Virus record (IMG/VR): IMGVR_UViG_3300025168_000033
Location: 32,001 to 96,000 of that record
Reading direction: 5' to 3' (one strand)
Origin: a virus
DNA length: 64,000 nucleotides
The position numbers were made by a program, and so were the translations under genes. Below, in pieces: positions 58,914 through 64,000 of this stretch. Within the stretch, counting starts at the first letter, position 1, and each line of letters starts with the position of its first letter. The notes below the pieces were generated by a model. The model did no database searches, had not been told where the DNA came from, and saw only the letters and a list, made by a program, of their open reading frames with translations.

Positions 58914-59357
58914 TTATTTAGTTGTAGAATCCATACTTGGTGTATCTTTATCACCAGTAACTTTAAATGTTTCTCCTTCAAATTCAAATTCATCTTTACC
59001 ATCATCGATAGCTTTTTGTCTAGCTGCAGAAAATGCATTACCTTCTTTTATTTTAGCTTCATTAGCTGCTTCTTCTTCTTCACTTTCACCATCACCGTAT
59101 TCATTAGCTGCTTCTTCTTCTTCTTCACTTTCACCATCACCATATTCATTAGTTTTAGCTTCCATCATAGGTTTTAAAGAATCATAAAATTTAATTTGAT
59201 CCTCTTCGCTTAGTTCGCTTGGACTAGATACTTTAAACTCTTTTAATTTTTCGTTAAAAAGTTGAATATGCTTTTTATATGCATTCTTTTTTGAAGCTTC
59301 AGCTATTGCTGCAGTTCTTTGTTTCTTGAATTTTGAAAATTTTAAAATATTTCCCAT
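58914..59357 (-). CDS. acidic protein with degenerate tag and internal tandem repeat
   Basis: MGNILKFSKF..IAE; (NEYGDGESEEEE[E]AA)x2; late promoter at 59381-59389. Confidence 0.6.
   Translation of the reverse strand: MGNILKFSKFKKQRTAAIAEASKKNAYKKHIQLFNEKLKEFKVSSPSELSEEDQIKFYDSLKPMMEAKTNEYGDGESEEEEEAANEYGDGESEEEEAANEAKIKEGNAFSAARQKAIDDGKDEFEFEGETFKVTGDKDTPSMDSTTK
59058..59152. repeat. in-frame tandem repeat (42 bp + 45 bp units)
   Basis: ttcattagctgc(ttc)n actttcaccatcacc[g/a]ta twice, differing by one TTC. Confidence 0.9.
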
Positions 59358-59397
59358 TATAGTTCTTTGTTTTAATTTATTTATATATCCTTTTGTA

Positions 59398-60906
59398 TTA
59401 ATAACTTTTTGTCAAATCCACTTTAGAAATAGTAAATGGAAAGTTCTGATCATTATAAATTTCCTGTCTTGAAATAGCATGTCGAAATAAATAATTTGTA
59501 AATCCTGCAATACAGAAATTATCTACAAAATCTATAATTAATAGTTCGTCTTTATCTTCATGTTTTCTTAATCCTCTACCTATTGATTGTCGTATTATTA
59601 CATCAGATTTAAATGATTCAGCAAATCCAACATTATGTAGATTTTTTACATTTATACCTGTTGAAAATGTTCCGTAAGATGCAACTAATATTTTATCATT
59701 TCCACTTTCCATTTCTGCTTTATATTGTTCACGTATATCTTTATCGGTTTCACCTGCAATATAAAAGATTTCTCTATCGGATTTTTGCCGTAGCATATTA
59801 TAAATTGCATCACCGTAATCTAATCGATAAAACAAAATCAAAGTATTATTTTTTAATGATAGAAGAACATCAGTTATAAATTCCAATCTCATACGATTTT
59901 GAATAACAAAAGCCTGTTCTAGATTAAGCAATCTTTTCCTATCTTCTTCAGTCTTTGTTAAATCTTTAAATGCCGCCTTTACGTCCTGATTAGCATAATC
60001 CATTTCTATTATCTTAACTCTACATGGAGTTATGTGTCCTTTCTTAATAAGATAATCCGCAGATATTTGAGTAATTACTGGACCCGTATATGCCATTAAG
60101 GTTAAATAATCTAAAGTATCTGATTTTGGAATAGTTCCAGATACACCAAATTTTCTATTAGAATTACATTTTTCTAGAATATTTTTTATTGATGCAGATT
60201 TTGCTTTATGAGTTTCATCAACACAAATCATTCCAAATTTATCAAAATATTCTTTAGGTCGCTTTACCAGTGATTGATAAGTTCCAATAACAATATTACA
60301 ATTTGTACGTTCTTTTTGACCAGCAAATATCTGTTGAATATTAAGCTTAAGATCTGGATTTCCTGAATTATATTCATAGAAATCTTCAGTTGCCTGAACA
60401 ACTAAAGAAACATTAGGTACTATCATTAAAATCTTTTCAGTCAATTCATGTTCTAGCATATACGCAAACACAATATAAACAATTAAAGATTTACCTGCGG
60501 ATGTTGCTAATTCTCCTAGACAAGATTTATATCTTAAAATTTTATATGCAGTATCTATTTGATAATCTCGAGGAGTTAAATCATGACCTTCAAATCTTTT
60601 AGCAACCCAAGCTTTAAATTCAACTTCATCTATAGTATTATCAAATTTATCATCCAATCCATCAATTTCAACAGGCATATTAAATCGCTTGCCAATATCT
60701 AGAATTTCATTCCAAAGGCCGGCTGGAGCAAATTTGTTATTTTTAAAATATGAAATCTTACCATCCCAGTATCCTTTCTTAACTCTTGGATCCCACTTCC
60801 AGCTAGCTATACGACGAGTTAAAGATAGATTTAATTGATCGATTTCTATCTCAGTTGCATCTACTAGAGTAAGTAATTGTTCGTTATGTGTTAATTGAAA
60901 TTTCAT
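59398..60906 (-). CDS. uvsW: SF2 helicase UvsW
   Basis: WDGKI, PRDYQ, ATSAGKS, TYQS, DETH, SGT, ASYGTFSTGIN, QSIGRGLR. Confidence 0.93.
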   Translation of the reverse strand: MKFQLTHNEQLLTLVDATEIEIDQLNLSLTRRIASWKWDPRVKKGYWDGKISYFKNNKFAPAGLWNEILDIGKRFNMPVEIDGLDDKFDNTIDEVEFKAWVAKRFEGHDLTPRDYQIDTAYKILRYKSCLGELATSAGKSLIVYIVFAYMLEHELTEKILMIVPNVSLVVQATEDFYEYNSGNPDLKLNIQQIFAGQKERTNCNIVIGTYQSLVKRPKEYFDKFGMICVDETHKAKSASIKNILEKCNSNRKFGVSGTIPKSDTLDYLTLMAYTGPVITQISADYLIKKGHITPCRVKIIEMDYANQDVKAAFKDLTKTEEDRKRLLNLEQAFVIQNRMRLEFITDVLLSLKNNTLILFYRLDYGDAIYNMLRQKSDREIFYIAGETDKDIREQYKAEMESGNDKILVASYGTFSTGINVKNLHNVGFAESFKSDVIIRQSIGRGLRKHEDKDELLIIDFVDNFCIAGFTNYLFRHAISRQEIYNDQNFPFTISKVDLTKSY

Positions 60907-60907
60907 C

Positions 60908-61333
60908 TTAAAATTTTATTGCCAACGATACTTTATTTGATATTGCAAATCCCATTTTATCTAGAGTATCTATTGTCATTTGATAATAAATTAATTGAGT
61001 TTCTAATAATGATATAGTGAGAATTGTATCTTTTACATCAGCATCAATAAATTCATTGATTTCTGATTGATTTAATTTAATATTGTAATTTGTCTTGTAA
61101 TGAATATATCTTGTTCTTCGAGTTTCCCAGCTTTGAGCCTGTTGGCTTTTAACTATATTTTTCATTTCAACTAATTTATCCACTAATTGATGTCTATAAG
61201 AAAGCATTAAAACCTGTGCTTCAGATATATTATCTACATGGCGTATCATTGCAACAAGATCTTTTACTGTATCATTCCACTTTTTCTTTTCCGCTTCAAG
61301 CTTTACTTCAAGCATTTCTTTTTTATTTTCCAT
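60908..61333 (-). CDS. uvsY: UvsY-like recombination mediator
   Basis: helical 141 aa next to uvsW; Y.HY, FIDAD, I..L..MGFAI.N. Confidence 0.65.
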   Translation of the reverse strand: MENKKEMLEVKLEAEKKKWNDTVKDLVAMIRHVDNISEAQVLMLSYRHQLVDKLVEMKNIVKSQQAQSWETRRTRYIHYKTNYNIKLNQSEINEFIDADVKDTILTISLLETQLIYYQMTIDTLDKMGFAISNKVSLAIKF

Positions 61334-61518
61334 TAGAATAATGAGTTTTTAGATTTCTTAATACCAATCGACTTGGTCTTTTTAATAATTACTTTCTTAA
61401 CAGGTTTTGACACTTCAAATTCACCACCATCATATTCTAATTTATCATCAAAATCAATAGGCATTTTGATTTTACGTTTTTTCTTTGGTGCATCTTCACC
61501 TTCTAGTATATTTATCAT
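61333..61518 (-). CDS. hypothetical protein
   Basis: 61 aa coupled ORF. Confidence 0.5.
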   Translation of the reverse strand: MINILEGEDAPKKKRKIKMPIDFDDKLEYDGGEFEVSKPVKKVIIKKTKSIGIKKSKNSLF

Positions 61519-62609
61519 ATATAGTATGAGTCGAATTTGTTATCACTAAAACAACCTTCTATGAGTTTAAATCCAGTGTCTTTTTTACGATAGCAATATA
61601 ATAATAGATCGTTATAGTCTTTTATTTTTCTATCTGGGATTCCAGTAGTTTCAAAGAATTTCTTCCATAAAAATACTTTCTTTTTTATTTTTAATTTGTC
61701 ATTCATGATTCCTTTACCAACCTTATCATTATCAAAGAAATATCGAGTATTAGGATTGTCATCAAACATTACAGTATTTTTACCAGCTCCTGATATTGCT
61801 ATTGAATTTCTTGGAAATAAAAAATGATCCATAGGACCTTCAAATATAGTAAATTCTTTAGTAAAATCACAATAAAACAATCCAAAATATAATGATAATG
61901 TGTTTATTTTTTCGATATCTTCAATACCAATAAGGGCATCAGAATCCTTTAAAACATCTTTATATATTTTTTCTATTGTATAGCTTACATATTTAGCACC
62001 ATAATATTTATCATTCATATTACGGACTTGATATCCAATCACGCGATCTTCAACCATGTTTAAAATATACAATTTATTTTTTCTTTGATCAAATAAGAAA
62101 TTATCTACCTGTTTATGTAATAATCGACATTTTAAATAATTATATGCGCTATCCGTTTTCCAAAGTGGCCTTGCTCCTAGTGCCTTTCCTAATGTTACTT
62201 TATCTATGCTTAATTTATTTAATGATTCAAATACGCTAAATTTTAAAAAGTCCGCAGTAACTACTTCAACTTTATTTTCTTTAATATATTCTAAAACATT
62301 ACTTAAATCACTTAAATTATTAAATCCCTGATCAAAATCTTTTAAAAGAGTTACTATGCTTGCATGTGGTTTTGAACAACCTGCATTATAACAATGAAAC
62401 ATTAATGTATTCCAATATAAATTACCACGTTTTTTATGCGATGAATCTGAATCACCACAATAAGGACAAGCAAAATTTAATCTTCCATGCTTTTTATCGC
62501 ATTGAGATTTAGATCCTGTAAATTCTTTAGATAACACAGTTTCAAGGGATCTTGTAATTTTATCCTGTATTTCTGTCGTTAATTTCATGTTTTTTGTAGA
62601 TATTTCCAT
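61515..62609 (-). CDS. gp61: DNA primase
   Basis: NFACPYCGDS..KKRG, HCYN.GC, TOPRIM EGPMD, FDND, KDYND. Confidence 0.9.
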   Translation of the reverse strand: MEISTKNMKLTTEIQDKITRSLETVLSKEFTGSKSQCDKKHGRLNFACPYCGDSDSSHKKRGNLYWNTLMFHCYNAGCSKPHASIVTLLKDFDQGFNNLSDLSNVLEYIKENKVEVVTADFLKFSVFESLNKLSIDKVTLGKALGARPLWKTDSAYNYLKCRLLHKQVDNFLFDQRKNKLYILNMVEDRVIGYQVRNMNDKYYGAKYVSYTIEKIYKDVLKDSDALIGIEDIEKINTLSLYFGLFYCDFTKEFTIFEGPMDHFLFPRNSIAISGAGKNTVMFDDNPNTRYFFDNDKVGKGIMNDKLKIKKKVFLWKKFFETTGIPDRKIKDYNDLLLYCYRKKDTGFKLIEGCFSDNKFDSYYI

Positions 62610-62613
62610 AATG

Positions 62614-62646
62614 AAAAAATGCCTAGGATTTTTAAGTCCTAGGCAT
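62614..62646 (-). terminator. intrinsic terminator after ssb
   Basis: ATGCCTAGGA...TCCTAGGCATTTTTT on minus strand. Confidence 0.8.
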
Positions 62647-62662
62647 ATAGTTTAGATTAATA

Positions 62663-63604
62663 CTATGCATTAAGTCCATTAAGGAAATCATCTAGATCAT
62701 CCACTGGTTTAGCAGCATCATTAACTGCATCCAATGAAGCAACAGGATCCGGTGTCGGAGTTGATACCGGTGTTGATACCGCAACAGGTTTAACAGCTTG
62801 ATTTGATGATGCTATTGCATTATAAGAAGCACCTGGATTTGATGTATCAATATCACTTAAAACGCCTGTTAATTGAACATCTTTTTCAGCATCAATTGCC
62901 TTATATTCATACATTTTAATATTTGGCGTATCACTTAAATATGCTAATGCAACTTTTTGTGATTCTGGTGTTCTTTCAATTACCGTACCATCAATTGATA
63001 ATGCTGTTTTACTATCACCGAATTTACATTCATCATAATTCCAGTAACCACCTTTGACAGTAACTTTAATATTGAAGTTTTTACCTTCATATAAATCAAA
63101 TACGTTACAAGGTTCTTGGCCCATTGCCATATCTTCTTTAGAAGGAGTAGTTTGTGCATCAACAATTTTCTTGATTGTTTTTGGATAACGATAAACCTGA
63201 ATTGTTCCTTCCATTTCTGGATTTTGAGGATCTTTTATGATTTGAACCAATGAGAAATAATATTCCTTTCTTTGTAATCTTTCAGCAGCTTTTTGATCCG
63301 CAGCAGATTTTGATTTTGAAAGTTTATAATATAAATCAGCAATTCTACATTTTTCATCCCATGAAATAGATTTAGGTGAATCATAATATGATCCGTTTCC
63401 TGAACTATCTTCTAGCCAATAGGTAAATTTCTTGATTGCAGATTGTTTTGGATTTTCGACTCTAGGTAAGAATCTTACGACAGCTCGATAAATGTTGTCT
63501 TTTCCGTTTTTAGGATCAGGCTTATATAGCTGATTTCCTTTTGATTGAATTTCTTCCGTTTGAAAGTCTTCCAGTTTTAAATTGAAAATGTCTTGATTTT
63601 CCAT
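62663..63604 (-). CDS. gp32: single-stranded DNA-binding protein
   Basis: AVVRFLP, KDPQNPE.EG, FDL.EG.NF.IK, NYD...F, acidic DDLDDFL tail. Confidence 0.9.
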   Translation of the reverse strand: MENQDIFNLKLEDFQTEEIQSKGNQLYKPDPKNGKDNIYRAVVRFLPRVENPKQSAIKKFTYWLEDSSGNGSYYDSPKSISWDEKCRIADLYYKLSKSKSAADQKAAERLQRKEYYFSLVQIIKDPQNPEMEGTIQVYRYPKTIKKIVDAQTTPSKEDMAMGQEPCNVFDLYEGKNFNIKVTVKGGYWNYDECKFGDSKTALSIDGTVIERTPESQKVALAYLSDTPNIKMYEYKAIDAEKDVQLTGVLSDIDTSNPGASYNAIASSNQAVKPVAVSTPVSTPTPDPVASLDAVNDAAKPVDDLDDFLNGLNA

Positions 63605-63764
63605 AATACACTTTAGTTAATTTGATTATTTAATTTGTTTTATTACTCTTGATTTACTTTGTTTCACTTTCCTTTAATTCATTCTATCTCCTTATTACAT
63701 TAAAATTACACTTTATTACTCTTTACATTATTATATATCTATCCCCTTATTGATTGTACTGGAA

Positions 63765-64000
63765 TTATTTCAATAATTTTTTAACTAATTTATCACCACG
63801 TCTTGAATGTTCAAAGGCTTTATCTCTTGCCTGCTTTGCAGTTTTTGTAACCGCTTTATCAAATTTCACTTTATTGCGAACCTTTTCATTACGATCAAGA
63901 AAGTCTTCCTTAATTGAATCTAATAATTCACGACCAGTATCAACTTTTAATTTACCACCTAAAGCATTATTCAAATCCATAGTTGCAGCAAATCCTTTGA
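63765..64000 (-). CDS. hypothetical protein, possibly 5'-truncated by window edge
   Basis: frame of 63765..63980 stays open upstream to the edge. Confidence 0.45.
   Translation of the reverse strand, partial: KGFAATMDLNNALGGKLKVDTGRELLDSIKEDFLDRNEKVRNKVKFDKAVTKTAKQARDKAFEHSRRGDKLVKKLLK

Noticed and set aside
2967-59879. Plus-strand ORFs in the six-frame track (e.g. 8214..8702, 9189..9614, 33673..34053, 54338..54667)
   Set aside because: All are antisense shadows of well-supported minus-strand genes, with biased composition and no motifs or promoters
12943-63165. Nested same-strand alternative-frame ORFs (12943..13146, 26668..26910, 36401..36628, 62980..63165)
   Set aside because: Short, fully inside longer supported genes, low-complexity translations typical of off-frame reading
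1-64000. Stop-codon reassignment, tRNA or rRNA genes
   Set aside because: Core genes are full length in code 11 with dense packing, and no cloverleaf or rRNA-like GC-rich segments were seen

Overview
64 kb of a very AT-rich, T4-like (Tevenvirinae-like, probably large) myophage genome with essentially every gene on the minus strand. The promoter shape and lack of Shine-Dalgarno sites suggest a Bacteroidota host (inference). The window holds tail genes (gp19, gp18, gp15, gp14-like, gp26/gp51-like), packaging and head genes (gp16, gp17, gp20, a gp21 protease fused to a scaffold, gp23, gp2, gp4), a short gp55 sigma factor and a full replication/recombination set (gp32, gp61, UvsY/W/X, split PolB, NrdA/B, gp41, gp44/62, gp46/47, RNase H). 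The standout signal is a shared N-terminal peptide, about M-K-x-(L/I/F)-x-S-(Y/F)-(D/E)-E-F-(L/I/V)-N-E, on at least 22 otherwise unrelated ORFs. It resembles the T4 internal-protein capsid-targeting sequence (MKTYQEFIAE) and ends in a gp21-type cleavage site. Tagged cargoes include NE-punctuated polyproteins and putative enzymes (Pol-beta nucleotidyltransferase, HxGH nucleotidyltransferase, ParB-like, zincin, ART-like, PD-(D/E)xK nuclease), and a ligase-like protein carries the tag at its C-terminus. Together these suggest a large, modular, protease-processed set of proteins packaged in the capsid and injected on infection. Also seen: two candidate programmed frameshifts, a copy of the capsid N-arm motif inside a cargo protein, three distinct promoter classes and repeated early-promoter cassettes. 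All family assignments come from motif recognition by eye; no searches were run.
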